A DNA stretch of 64,000 nt, taken from positions 32,001 through 96,000 of the forward strand of contig JBMOPW010000011.1 of NCBI GenBank assembly GCA_049322915.1. The letters are read 5' to 3'. The position numbers and the translations under genes are program-made. The notes under the pieces were generated by a model, which searched no databases, was not told the DNA's origin, and saw nothing but the letters and a program-made list of their open reading frames with translations. How positions within the stretch are numbered: position 1 is the first letter of the stretch; each line of letters starts with the position of its first letter. The DNA comes from Candidatus Zhuqueibacterota bacterium. Its GTDB lineage: Bacteria; Zhuqueibacterota; Zhuqueibacteria; Thermofontimicrobiales; Thermofontimicrobiaceae. This document shows positions 30,401 through 40,806 of this stretch, in pieces.

Positions 30401-31783
30401 TTAATGTCCTGCAATGTGATTAGTGACATCTTCCATCGCCATCCCCCGGGAACCTTTTACAAGCACAAGATCGTTCTCCTGAACAATATTTCTGAGATGA
30501 TTCACCAGCGCCTGTTTGGTGGCAAAATGTATTGCATTCTTCAAACCCAACCGCGCTGCGGTTTCTGTCGTATGGGTGGACATGGGGCCCACTGTCAGAA
30601 GAAAATCTATGTTGTTCAATGCAACTACGTACTCACCAATGCCCTTGTGTTCCTGCTCTGCCCATTGACCCAATTCCAGCATGTCCGCCAACACGGCTAT
30701 TCTGCGGCCGCGGGTTTCCGTCTGCGACAGCGTTTGCAGCGCCTTTTTCGCGGACGCCGGATTGGAATTATAACAATCATTGATGATGACAATTCCCTCG
30801 TGACGAATGATCTCCATTCGTTTCGAAGTGGGCAGGAATTTTTCCAGCGCCGTTTTCACCTGAACCATGTTTAAATCGAACTCCAGCCCCACTGCCACTG
30901 CTGCTAACGCATTGTAGATGTTATGCATCCCTGAAATCCCCAGTTTAATTTCTGTATTATTAACTGTAAAACTGGCTCGCCCATCCTGATCCAGCCCGAT
31001 GAAACGCCCCTGCACATTTGCCGGTCGCTCGAATCCAAATGTCACCACTTTCCTGACGTCGGGGAGAGCATCGCACAAATTTGGATCATCCACATTCACG
31101 AACGCGGTCTGTCCGTCGCGCGATAAATAATCCCACAGTTCCCGTTTCGCTTTTGAAACGCCCTGTAACGATCCAAAAAATTCCAGGTGCGCCGGGCCGA
31201 TGTTGGTGATGAGCCCGTGAGTTGGCGCTGCGATTTCAGCAAGACGAGCTATTTCTCCGAAATTGCTTGTGCCCATTTCTATGACCGCAACCGTGTGGCC
31301 TTGTTCCAGACTGAGCAACGAAAGTGGAACACCCACGTGATTGTTCAAATTGCCTTTATTTTTATGAACCTGAAATTTCGCGGACAACACATTGGACACC
31401 ATCTCTTTGGTCGTGGTTTTACCGTTGCTGCCGGTCAACGCCAGCACCGGCAGTTGAAATTTCATCCGGTGGTAATGACTGATTTCCTGCAACGCCAGCA
31501 GTGTATCATCGACGACGAGCAGATTGTAGCCATAGTGCGATTCCTGCGCCTCCAGCCATGTGCGGGAGACGACGCATATCCGTTGATTGTTCTTTGCCAT
31601 ATCCGGAATGAACTGATGCCCATCGAATCGCTCGCCTTTAATGGCGATGAAAATTTCGCCGGGCTGAATGGATCGGGAATCGATTGAAAATCCACTGACC
31701 GGCCGGCTGAGCAACGCAGCATCGCCGCGGTACTCGAACCGACATTGTTTTATATCGAGCAGTTCTTTCGGTTTCATAGTCAT
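30401..31783 (-). CDS. murF: UDP-MurNAc-tripeptide:D-Ala-D-Ala ligase
   Basis: TGSNGKTTTKEM, NLNNHVGVP, DCYNSNP, DMLELG, KGSRGM. Confidence 0.96.
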   Translation of the reverse strand: MTMKPKELLDIKQCRFEYRGDAALLSRPVSGFSIDSRSIQPGEIFIAIKGERFDGHQFIPDMAKNNQRICVVSRTWLEAQESHYGYNLLVVDDTLLALQEISHYHRMKFQLPVLALTGSNGKTTTKEMVSNVLSAKFQVHKNKGNLNNHVGVPLSLLSLEQGHTVAVIEMGTSNFGEIARLAEIAAPTHGLITNIGPAHLEFFGSLQGVSKAKRELWDYLSRDGQTAFVNVDDPNLCDALPDVRKVVTFGFERPANVQGRFIGLDQDGRASFTVNNTEIKLGISGMHNIYNALAAVAVGLEFDLNMVQVKTALEKFLPTSKRMEIIRHEGIVIINDCYNSNPASAKKALQTLSQTETRGRRIAVLADMLELGQWAEQEHKGIGEYVVALNNIDFLLTVGPMSTHTTETAARLGLKNAIHFATKQALVNHLRNIVQENDLVLVKGSRGMAMEDVTNHIAGH

Positions 31784-31801
31784 GAAAATGCCTCCACCTC
31801 A

Positions 31802-33961
31802 TCACCAGCTTTTTATTTCAGCCAAATCGATTGCCGGCTCACATTCCACCACGCAGCGCGCGCCGACACGTATCTTTCTCATGGGTTCCGGCGCCTGTCG
31901 TTTCACCTGACCACTGCCGTGAACCACCACGCGCAATCCCTTTCGGGACATTTCCGACACAGCATCCCGCAGGCTCAAACCGATGACCGACGGCACAACC
32001 GTGAAGTTGCCGGATTCGCCGCCGAATTCTTCCAGGGTAACCGCCAATTTCGCGCCCCGTTTAATTTGCGTCCCTGGAGCCGGGTGCTGCGTCTTGATGA
32101 TATCGCCATCATTTTCCACAACCAGTTTCAGATCGATGTGATCCACAATTTTTTCAGCTGCTTCGATCCGCTTGCGGCGCACGTCAGGTACCGTCACCAG
32201 CTTATCGTCTTTGGGCGCATAAATGGTGCTGTCTTCCTTTTTCTCAACCACCTTCGGCAGTTCGGGCGGCGTATCGATTTCAATGACGCGAAGAATTCGT
32301 TGCAAAATCCGCTTGAATACAGGCGCAGCAACCTCTCCGCCCAGGTTCTCATTTTTAGGATTGTCCACCATGACGTACATCAGCAATTGCGGCGCCTCGG
32401 TCGGGAAAAAGCCGATGAATGAACTGATAAAAGTATCTTCTGTGTATTTTTTGATATTGGGATCATATTTTTTTGTGGTGCCTGTCTTGCCGGCAATTCG
32501 CAATCCCTGAATTGAAGCGCGTTTCCCGGTACCCTCGTACACCACATCCTCCAGCATGCTGATCAATGTCTTCGAAGTCGAATCCGAGATCACCTGTCGA
32601 ATGACCTCTGGTTGAACCTGTCCAAATTTTTTATCCTGAAAATCGACATCGTTTAAGTAAATTTTCGGCTTCAGCAAAAATCCACCGTTGGCAATGGCGC
32701 CATAGGCCATCACCATTTGCAGCGGGGTTACCGAGACTTCATAACCGTAGGACATGGCAATTGGTGTAAATTTGGACCATTCAACTGTTTTCTTCAACTC
32801 GCCGTTCGTTTCGCCGGGCAGTTCAATACCAGTCATAATCCCCATTCCATAATCCCGGGCGTACTGGTAGATGATATTTTTATTGACTTCCTGGGCAATC
32901 TTTGCCATGCCGATATTACTCGATTTTTTGATCACTTTACGGAGATCCAGCCAGCCATAGCTATGGACGTCTTCAATGACCCGATCGTAAATGTGGTAGG
33001 TGCCATTTTCGCAAAAGACCTTATCGTCCGGCGATTTCAATCCTTCCTCCAAAATCGCGCTCATGACGATGGGTTTGAAAGTTGATCCGGGCTCATAAGT
33101 GTCCGTAATTGCGCGGTTTCTCCATCGCTCCGGCTGATAATTGCCGGCATTATTCGGATCGAATCCCGGCTGGACAGCCATGGCCAGTATCTCTCCCGTC
33201 GCCGGGTTGGAAATAATCGCTGTTGCCGCGTCAGCATCGTATTGCTCCAGGACGAATCGCAACTCTTCCTCGACAATCCACTGATAGGTATTATCGATGG
33301 TCAGCACAACATGATTGCCATGCTCCGGTTTCTTCATCGAATAATCCACATCCGGGATTGATTTACCCCGGGCGTCGAACAGATGGGTGGCCCAGCCGCT
33401 TGTTCCTTTCATCGCATCATTTCTCGCGAATTCAACTCCGCTGAGTCCATTGCAATCGATGTCAGTAAAGCCAATGACCGGAGCAGCCAGCGCCCCCTGC
33501 GGATAGGCGCGTTTCACTTCTTTGATGGCGCGGACGCCGGGTAGCTTGTAGCTTTCAAGTTGATTCACGACAGCCTCGTCCGTCCCACGCACCAGCCAGA
33601 AAAATGACCGCTCGCTTCTCAATTTCTGGAGAAAGTAGCTCTTGCTCTTGTTGAGCACTTTGGAAAAATGGTCCGCTGTTGTATTGGGATCTGTCACCTT
33701 GGTAACATCCACTCCCAATGACCACGTATTCCGATTGATCGCCAGGTAGCGAAATTTGCGATCGAAAATTCCTCCGCGATCGGAACGCAGTCGCGTCTCA
33801 TGCAGGTATTGATTTTTTGCTTTTTCCACGTATCGCCCTCGATCGACAATCTGAATGTGAAACAGCCGCAATACCAGCAGCGCCCAGAAGACGAGCGCCA
33901 ATACCACCAATACGGCGATTCGTTTCAGACTATTTTCATTTATGGTAACCCTTTTTTTCAT
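31802..33961 (-). CDS. ftsI: Class B penicillin-binding protein FtsI with two PASTA domains
   Basis: RGGIFDR, EPGSTFK, SSN, GKTGT; two C-terminal VPDV/VPSV PASTA repeats. Confidence 0.96.
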   Translation of the reverse strand: MKKRVTINENSLKRIAVLVVLALVFWALLVLRLFHIQIVDRGRYVEKAKNQYLHETRLRSDRGGIFDRKFRYLAINRNTWSLGVDVTKVTDPNTTADHFSKVLNKSKSYFLQKLRSERSFFWLVRGTDEAVVNQLESYKLPGVRAIKEVKRAYPQGALAAPVIGFTDIDCNGLSGVEFARNDAMKGTSGWATHLFDARGKSIPDVDYSMKKPEHGNHVVLTIDNTYQWIVEEELRFVLEQYDADAATAIISNPATGEILAMAVQPGFDPNNAGNYQPERWRNRAITDTYEPGSTFKPIVMSAILEEGLKSPDDKVFCENGTYHIYDRVIEDVHSYGWLDLRKVIKKSSNIGMAKIAQEVNKNIIYQYARDYGMGIMTGIELPGETNGELKKTVEWSKFTPIAMSYGYEVSVTPLQMVMAYGAIANGGFLLKPKIYLNDVDFQDKKFGQVQPEVIRQVISDSTSKTLISMLEDVVYEGTGKRASIQGLRIAGKTGTTKKYDPNIKKYTEDTFISSFIGFFPTEAPQLLMYVMVDNPKNENLGGEVAAPVFKRILQRILRVIEIDTPPELPKVVEKKEDSTIYAPKDDKLVTVPDVRRKRIEAAEKIVDHIDLKLVVENDGDIIKTQHPAPGTQIKRGAKLAVTLEEFGGESGNFTVVPSVIGLSLRDAVSEMSRKGLRVVVHGSGQVKRQAPEPMRKIRVGARCVVECEPAIDLAEIKSW

Positions 33962-34002
33962 AGCTATATACAAAATGAAGTTGAGAAATTTCGATTTAAA
34001 AA

Positions 34003-34371
34003 TTATGGTTTAACTTCGAGTTGTTTTTTATCTTTTATCACCGGCACCGAGACCCTCTCGATGGTCGGGTAAATCATATCCAGCCGTTCTCTGGCAATAT
34101 TCACAATCCGATTTTCACTGGAAAGGCTCAGCACCTTCCCTTTGAGTTTCTCAATGGTCTCCCGGCACTGCTGCTCCTGTTTTTCCAGTTCGACAATATC
34201 TTCGGCCAGTTGTGCAATTTTAACCTTTTGCCAGACCAGGCCCACCATCACTGCCGCAAGCACAATGATCACAACCAGGACAATCAGACTGTTGGTCGGT
34301 TTATCGAGCTCTTTTTGCACCTCTGAAAAACTGGTCATGAGCCCATTTTTTCGTCGATTCTTTCGCACCAT
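34003..34371 (-). CDS. ftsL: Cell division protein FtsL
   Basis: TM plus coiled coil and LSSENRIVNIARERLDM; located between rsmH and ftsI. Confidence 0.88.
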   Translation of the reverse strand: MVRKNRRKNGLMTSFSEVQKELDKPTNSLIVLVVIIVLAAVMVGLVWQKVKIAQLAEDIVELEKQEQQCRETIEKLKGKVLSLSSENRIVNIARERLDMIYPTIERVSVPVIKDKKQLEVKP

Positions 34372-34379
34372 AGTATCTA

Positions 34380-35312
34380 TCAGATTTTTTCTGCTGCCCT
34401 CAATTTGGCGCTGCGACTTCTGGAATTACTTTCAATTTCTTCAGGCGACGGTTGTATAACTTTTCGTGTCAAAATTTGGATTGTTGGTTTTTTATTGCAG
34501 ATACAGAATGGAAGCTCCGGAGGACACTCGCATGGATTCGCATGATGAGTCATAAAATTTTTTACCAACCGATCCTCTAATGAGTGGTATGCGATGATCA
34601 CCAGCCTCCCCCCTATTTTCAGCACATCCAGCGATTGATCTAAAAATTGCTGTAAGTTTTCTAACTCCGAGTTTACCGCGATTCTGACGGATTGGAAAAT
34701 TCGCGCCAGAGTTTTGATCCGCTTTTGATAGGGAATTTTTGCCGTGATGATTGCTGCTAAATGTGCTGTCGATGTGATCCGTTGCTTTTGCCGCTCCCTA
34801 ACAATAACCGATGCGATGTTTCGCGCATATCGTTCTTCGCCATATTCTCTGAAAATGCGGACTAATTCGGCTTCGCTAAAATCGTTGATCACGTCTTCGG
34901 CGGTAATTTCAGTCTCGCGCGACATCCGCATATCCAGCGGGCCATCTGCCATAAAACTGAATCCCCGGACATCCGCGTCCAGATGATGGGATGAAACGCC
35001 CAAATCCAGCAGGATGCCGTCCACAGGACCGATCTTCTCAGAACTCAATATATGTTGAATCTGGCTGAAGTTGCCTTTGATAAATCGTATCTTATTTTTG
35101 TATGTTACAAGCTTTTGTTCGGCTCGCGCCAGCGCTTCGTCATCCTGATCGATGGCTATCAGTTTTGCATCAGGCGACAGAGACTCAAGAATTGCCAGGC
35201 TATGCCCGCCCCCTCCGACCGTCCCATCGACATAGATGCCGGATTTTTCCCGCACCAGAAATTTCAGCACTGGGTCTACCAGCACCGGGATATGAAAGTC
35301 GATTTCTGTCAC
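34380..35312 (-). CDS. rsmH: 16S rRNA m4C1402 methyltransferase
   Basis: HIPVL, DGTVGGGGH, DLGVSS, PLDMRM, YHSLEDR, SRSAKLR. Confidence 0.98.
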   Translation of the reverse strand: MTEIDFHIPVLVDPVLKFLVREKSGIYVDGTVGGGGHSLAILESLSPDAKLIAIDQDDEALARAEQKLVTYKNKIRFIKGNFSQIQHILSSEKIGPVDGILLDLGVSSHHLDADVRGFSFMADGPLDMRMSRETEITAEDVINDFSEAELVRIFREYGEERYARNIASVIVRERQKQRITSTAHLAAIITAKIPYQKRIKTLARIFQSVRIAVNSELENLQQFLDQSLDVLKIGGRLVIIAYHSLEDRLVKNFMTHHANPCECPPELPFCICNKKPTIQILTRKVIQPSPEEIESNSRSRSAKLRAAEKI

Positions 35313-35764
35313 TTGTTTAAATTTTGCACTATTTTCTCCTCAAGGCTCTCGCCGAGGTCTGCCAATTTATTTTGATATTCTTTTCTGATGTCCGGATTCC
35401 AGACTTCAATTCGGTTATATGCTCCGATGATGTGAACATTTTTATCGATGCCAGCCCATTCAAGATATTTCGGCGGGATCATGATTCGCCCCTGTTTATC
35501 GAGGGTAGCATCGCTCGCGCGCGATCCCATAAGTGACATGTATGCTCGGTGTTCGGCGTTCGCTTCCGAGAGATTGTCGATCACAGACACCATTTTTTTC
35601 TCATAGATATCCATTGGATAAATGTAGACGCACTGGTCCTTGCCGTAGGTAATGATGTAGTTTCCCTGCGCCTCATGAGAAGTCGCCTTTCTGAATTTCG
35701 CGGGAATGTTCACCCTACCTTTTTCGTCCAGGGTATAAAAAAATTCTCCAATGAAAAATGCCAT
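35309..35764 (-). CDS. mraZ: Transcriptional regulator MraZ
   Basis: Two DxKGR/DKQGR repeats (LDEKGRVNIP, LDKQGRIMIP); heads the dcw cluster. Confidence 0.97.
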   Translation of the reverse strand: MAFFIGEFFYTLDEKGRVNIPAKFRKATSHEAQGNYIITYGKDQCVYIYPMDIYEKKMVSVIDNLSEANAEHRAYMSLMGSRASDATLDKQGRIMIPPKYLEWAGIDKNVHIIGAYNRIEVWNPDIRKEYQNKLADLGESLEEKIVQNLNK

Positions 35765-35832
35765 GATACGACTTTCAATTCAAAATATGGTATGTTTATT
35801 GCAATCCACTTGAAAGCGGGTATGGTATTTTG

Positions 35833-35900
35833 TCCCATTCGATTTCCATTGCCACCCATTCGCTAGGTTTTTTGCCCCATTTTAACCCACTTTTCACCAT
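35833..35900 (-). promoter_or_regulatory. MraZ-binding (dcw box) repeats
   Basis: Six (A/G)TGG cores on the minus strand at ~10-bp period (plus-strand CCAT/CCAC at 35835, 35846, 35856, 35877, 35887, 35897). Confidence 0.8.
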
Positions 35901-35901
35901 T

Positions 35902-35930
35902 ATTATACTATATTTTTTTTATATTGTCAA
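35902..35930 (-). promoter_or_regulatory. Consensus sigma70 promoter of the dcw operon
   Basis: Perfect TTGACA(35930-35925)-17-TATAAT(35907-35902). Confidence 0.9.
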
Positions 35931-36380
35931 GTAAAAAATGCAATTAGGCAAAAATTTTTTTTGGAGATTTTGTAATATTTCAGGCCCCACGGATTTGTAA
36001 TTCTATTAAATTTAGTTCATTAAAACGAATTCACGGTTTTAATACCCAAATATTAATACAATTACTAAATCGGACGCACCATCGGAATTTCATTTTTTCC
36101 GTGTTATTCGCAATCTGGCGATTCTCTGCCGGAATTGCAGCCATTCCGACCACTGCTGAAACGGACAGACTGACCACCTTATTGATAGGACAACATCGGT
36201 CAAACTTTGAATTCTGTCTTCACGGTTCATGTGAATCAGGAGGCACTGAACAGGCATGATGCGAATGGTTCGGTGAAATTGCATCGGTTGGGTGACAGGC
36301 TGGAAACTGGGGGCAGTGACAATAAGACGAGTGTCACGGAATTTCAATATCAATTCATCATGACACTAAAATTCACCCAT

Positions 36381-36419
36381 AAAAAAAGCATGATGATTGA
36401 ACAACCACCATGCTTTTTT
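36381..36419. terminator. Intrinsic terminator downstream of fbaB, possibly bidirectional
   Basis: AAAAAAAGCATG...CATGCTTTTTT hairpin. Confidence 0.75.
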
Positions 36420-36563
36420 CAGGAATAGCTTAGAGATATTTCATGTTAACACGTATGCCGCAAATGGCGTCGGGTCGATTGGGTGAGCGCCGGCCGTTTG
36501 TTCCGGCATAAAGCGCCAGATGAATTTCCGAACGACGCCAGTTCGCAATTGCCGGGCTTCGTA

Positions 36564-37616
36564 TCAGGCAACTGTTATTTTATTGTCCAGATACACATCC
36601 TGAATAATGTTCAGCAATTTAATCCCTTCGGCCATGGGACGCTGGAACGCTTTTCGTCCGGAAATTAATCCCATACCGCCAGCGCGCTTGTTGATGACTG
36701 CGGTGCGAGCTGCTTCAGCAAAATCATTTTCACCGGAAGGACCGCCCGAATTGATCAGGCCCTGTCGGCCCATGTAGCAATTTACGACCTGGTATCGCGT
36801 GAGATCGATGGGATGGTCCGAGGACAGCTTTTCGTAGACCAGCTTGTGCGTCTTGCCGAACTTCAGGGCATTGTATCCACCGTTATTCTCCGGCAGTTTC
36901 TGTTTGATGATATCCGCCTCGATAGTCACACCCAGATGATTGGCCTGGCCGGTCAAGTCGGCTGCCACATGATAATCAAGTTCCTTGGTCTTGAATGTAG
37001 AATTCCGGAGGTAGCACCACAGCACCGTCACCATCCCGAGCTCATGGGCATATTTGAAAGCATCGCTGATTTCCAGAATTTGCTGCCGCGATTCTTCAGA
37101 CCCGAAATAAATAGTCGCGCCAACAGCGACAGCGCCCATATCGAACGCCTGATCCACGCTCGCAAAAAGCGTTTGATCATGGATCGTGGGATAGGTCAGC
37201 ATTTCATTGTGGTTCAATTTTACAATAAACGGAATTTTATGGGCATATTTTCGTGACACCGCGCCAAGCACACCCAGCGTGGAAGCGACTGCATTGCACC
37301 CGCCTTCGATGGCCAGTTTTACAATATTTTCAGGGTCAAAATAAATAGGATTGGGCGCAAACGATGCGCCGGCGGAATGCTCAATGCCCTGATCCACCGG
37401 GAGAATGGAGAGATAGCCGGTCCGGCTCAGTCGCCCCGTATTAAAAATCAATTGCAGATTTCTGAGCACATTGTTGGACCTGTCGGACTGCGCTGCCACG
37501 CGATCCACAAAATCCGGGCCGGGCAAATGGAGATTTTCTTTTGGGACAGTTTTGCTCTCATGATTCAGAAGATACGCTGCATCATTGCCAAGCATTTTTT
37601 CGATTGAACTCGTCAT
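36564..37616 (-). CDS. fbaB: Class I fructose-bisphosphate aldolase (DhnA type)
   Basis: [32 protein letters not shown]. Confidence 0.97.
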   Translation of the reverse strand: MTSSIEKMLGNDAAYLLNHESKTVPKENLHLPGPDFVDRVAAQSDRSNNVLRNLQLIFNTGRLSRTGYLSILPVDQGIEHSAGASFAPNPIYFDPENIVKLAIEGGCNAVASTLGVLGAVSRKYAHKIPFIVKLNHNEMLTYPTIHDQTLFASVDQAFDMGAVAVGATIYFGSEESRQQILEISDAFKYAHELGMVTVLWCYLRNSTFKTKELDYHVAADLTGQANHLGVTIEADIIKQKLPENNGGYNALKFGKTHKLVYEKLSSDHPIDLTRYQVVNCYMGRQGLINSGGPSGENDFAEAARTAVINKRAGGMGLISGRKAFQRPMAEGIKLLNIIQDVYLDNKITVA

Positions 37617-37856
37617 TGTGTTTACTCCTTTTCAAAACAAATCCAAACCTGATGTAGATTAATTATTGCACTATCGACGTGTAGATTGGTCAATTTCTGT
37701 CATCATCACTCCAGTGAACAGAGAACACCCATCACGATAGTCGTTTTTAAAATGTTCGGGTGAATATACAACAATTTATTTTTCTTTACCACAAAAAAAA
37801 TATGAAGATTTTGGAAAATATTCACTTGAGAAAATCGGAGCGAATGCGCTGTAAAA

Positions 37857-38711
37857 CTAATTTGCTGCCATGGTTTTCAACTCCAATTTCCGTTTATTCA
37901 ATTTGAGTCTTTTCCGTTTCGGAGAGGCCAGGGAGGAGAGGAAGAAAATCAACGTAGCCATGAGCACGATCGTCGCGCCGGACGAGGTGTCCAGCCAGTA
38001 AGAAAGCAATAATCCCACCACCGAGGAGCCAATGCCGATCACAATGGACAATACCATCATCGTTTTGAAATTGTCTGTCAGTTGATACGCCGCGGCTGCC
38101 GGCGTAACAATCAATGCCGAGACCAGCACCACGCCGACGGATTTGATGGACAGCACGATGGTCAGCGCAACAAGGGATAGAAGCAGATAGGATAGCTTCC
38201 TCACCGGCACGCCGGTAATTTCCGCCATCTCCGGGTCGAACGTGATGAACAGTAATTCTTTGTAAAAATAGAGCAGCAGTGAAATGATAATTATCGCCAT
38301 CACAAGGCTGGTCCACAAATCCGAGACAGTCACCGCCAGGATATTGCCGAAAATATATCCGAACAAATCGATATTGTATCCTTTGATAAATCCAATGAGC
38401 AGGATTCCCAATGCCATCGTGGAGGCGAAAAAAATTCCAACCGCCGTATCTTCTTTGATCTTGCCTTTTTCGCTCACCCATCCAATCAGCCAGGCAACGA
38501 CCATACAAAATCCGAATGCAGTGTAAGTCGGATTCACCCCCATCAAGAAGCCAAGCGCCACGCCACCGAACGAAGCATGCGCCACACCGGCTCCAATGAA
38601 GGACAATCCCTTCAAAACAACATAAACGCCAATCATCGCGCAGACAGCGCCAATGAGAAGAGCAGAGAGAAGCGCGCGCTGCATAAAGGTATATTGCAAT
38701 AATTCGAACAT
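37857..38711 (-). CDS. znuB: Zn/Mn ABC transporter permease
   Basis: FMQRAL, AHASFGG, FGNILAV, TFDPE, VGVVLVSALIVTP, SGATIV. Confidence 0.9.
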   Translation of the reverse strand: MFELLQYTFMQRALLSALLIGAVCAMIGVYVVLKGLSFIGAGVAHASFGGVALGFLMGVNPTYTAFGFCMVVAWLIGWVSEKGKIKEDTAVGIFFASTMALGILLIGFIKGYNIDLFGYIFGNILAVTVSDLWTSLVMAIIIISLLLYFYKELLFITFDPEMAEITGVPVRKLSYLLLSLVALTIVLSIKSVGVVLVSALIVTPAAAAYQLTDNFKTMMVLSIVIGIGSSVVGLLLSYWLDTSSGATIVLMATLIFFLSSLASPKRKRLKLNKRKLELKTMAAN

Positions 38712-38744
38712 GAGAACTCCAATCCCGATTCAGGAAGAACGTGG

Positions 38745-39542
38745 TTATTCGTTTCTGTCCGGCCTTTTTACCACCAGATGGGGGACTTCGCCGTGCTGGA
38801 AGAACATGGTATCGCGGCCATACATCTGGTGCATTGATTCTTCGCAGAGCACCTGTTTCGGCAGTCCGTGACAGATGAGTTTCTGGTTGAGACAGGCCAC
38901 CGAATCGACGTACTCTGAAACAACGCTCACATCGTGCGTGACCATCACCAGAGTGAGGTGCAGCTCGTTATGGATTGAGTGGAGCAATTCGTAAAATCCC
39001 TCCGAAGCTGAAACGTCCATCGCCGCTGTTGGTTCATCCAGAAACAGCAATTTCGGTTCCAACGCGAGCGCCCGGGCCACGAGCACGCGCTGCCTCTGCC
39101 CGCCGGAAAGCTGGCCGATCTGCCGCTTGGCCAGGTTTGTAATGGCCACGCGCTCCATCGCTTTCTCCACGGCCTCGCGATCGATTCTTGACGGCCGGCG
39201 ACCGATGCCAATTTTGCCATAGCGCCCCATCATAATCGCATCGCTGACTCGGATCGGAAATTTGAAATCGATGTTGGTATGTTGTGACACATATCCAATA
39301 TGTTCTCTGAGATGGTTCAGCTCTTTCGGCTTTTTCCCAAAGACTGTCACCCGACCGGAAAGCGGCTCAATCAATCCGATCATTGTCTTCAGCAGGGTTG
39401 TCTTGCCAGAGCCGTTGGGCCCCAGAATTCCCCAGAACTGACCGGATTTGATCTGCAGTGAAATATCTTCCAATACAATTTTGTCCTGGTAGGCGACGGA
39501 CACGCGCTCCAGATCGATCACAATGTTATCTGCTGGTTCCAT
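38745..39542 (-). CDS. znuC: Zn/Mn ABC transporter ATPase
   Basis: GPNGSGKT, LSGGQ, LFLDEP, VTHD. Confidence 0.9.
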   Translation of the reverse strand: MEPADNIVIDLERVSVAYQDKIVLEDISLQIKSGQFWGILGPNGSGKTTLLKTMIGLIEPLSGRVTVFGKKPKELNHLREHIGYVSQHTNIDFKFPIRVSDAIMMGRYGKIGIGRRPSRIDREAVEKAMERVAITNLAKRQIGQLSGGQRQRVLVARALALEPKLLFLDEPTAAMDVSASEGFYELLHSIHNELHLTLVMVTHDVSVVSEYVDSVACLNQKLICHGLPKQVLCEESMHQMYGRDTMFFQHGEVPHLVVKRPDRNE

Positions 39543-39552
39543 GATTTTTCCT

Positions 39553-40500
39553 TCATTTCAACGCCAGCGCCATCTGCTGGACATTATAGCGCATCAATGG
39601 AATGTATGAATTGAGGTGTTTTTCAGAACCCAATGGGTCCAGGAAAATGACCCTGGCGCTGGTCTCCTTGGCAATGGCTTCCGCTATTTTTGGCGAAGAC
39701 TGCGGCTCTGCGAACACGGCGTTCGCACGAATATCCCGGATTATTTTGATCAACTCGATTAACTCCTGTGGGGATGGCTCCCGCCCGGGCGTCTTTTGAA
39801 TTACTGCGGCCTGGTCCAATCCATACCGCTGCGCGAAATAAATCCATGCCGGATGAAAACAGACAAAACGCCGATGCTGCCAGGTCTGGACATCGGTGAG
39901 GATCTCTTCGTGCACCTGATTGAGCTGGTCGATGAAGGCTTTGGCGTTTTGCTCGTAGTCCGCGCTGTGCCCCGGGTCGATTTCCTGCAACGCAGCTTTG
40001 ATGTGGCTGACCTGAACAATGACATTGATCGGATCGAGCCAGATATGCGGGTTGCCGGAAGCGTGGGAGTGAGATTCCTCAGCCTCATCGCCCGAATGCG
40101 CTGATTCCTCTGCATCGATGATGGGTATTCCGACTGACGTATCGACAACCTTCAGCTTGCTGTCCCCCATGCTTTGTATCAATTTATCCGCCCAAAATTC
40201 CATGCCGACACCGTTGAGTACCAGCAACTGCGCCTTTGCTACTTTTCGTAGCTGAGATGGTGTTAGTTCATAGGTGTGAGGACTTGCCCCTGGCGGCACA
40301 AGATTAAAAACCTCCACATGATCGCCGCCAACCTGCTTCACAAAATCCGTCAGCGGTAGAATGCTGGTAGCCACCAGAATTTTGGATTGCTTCATCTCTG
40401 TTGATTTTGAACAAGTTAGCAAACTGCCAAAAAGAATGAGCGCTACGATGAAAGCGTGCTTTGCCCCGAAACGTCCGATTCTCATAAATTTTCTCTCCAA
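39553..40500 (-). CDS. znuA: Zn/Mn ABC transporter substrate-binding lipoprotein
   Basis: LLTC lipobox, SPHTYE, acidic/His loop, NPHIWLDP, FHPAW, DPLG. Confidence 0.9.
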   Translation of the reverse strand: MERKFMRIGRFGAKHAFIVALILFGSLLTCSKSTEMKQSKILVATSILPLTDFVKQVGGDHVEVFNLVPPGASPHTYELTPSQLRKVAKAQLLVLNGVGMEFWADKLIQSMGDSKLKVVDTSVGIPIIDAEESAHSGDEAEESHSHASGNPHIWLDPINVIVQVSHIKAALQEIDPGHSADYEQNAKAFIDQLNQVHEEILTDVQTWQHRRFVCFHPAWIYFAQRYGLDQAAVIQKTPGREPSPQELIELIKIIRDIRANAVFAEPQSSPKIAEAIAKETSARVIFLDPLGSEKHLNSYIPLMRYNVQQMALALK

Positions 40501-40806
40501 AAATAGTCACCATGTTTTGATGCTAACTCGAAATTCTGAAATGAGCGTCCCAATTCTCGAACAGTCTTTTTTGATTTATGGAACACGCTGTCGCTGGCAG
40601 ATCACCCGCGCGGCATGAAGACTTTCACTCTCCATCCCTCAAAAAACCAGTCGTCAGAGAATCCAGTACAGTACTCCATCTGAATTCAAACGTAATATAT
40701 TATACGATTCAGGGTTCCCATTTTTAATGACACGCACATTCTGTTGCGATGCTTTTGATCGCCGTAAGGCAGGTGGCGAACTTCAAACCGGCTTTCCGCA
40801 TCATCA

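Noticed and set aside
36090..36428. Short ORFs (87 aa minus, 73 aa plus) in the mraZ-fbaB spacer
   Set aside because: No RBS or recognisable motif; one runs into a terminator; no RNA family recognised.
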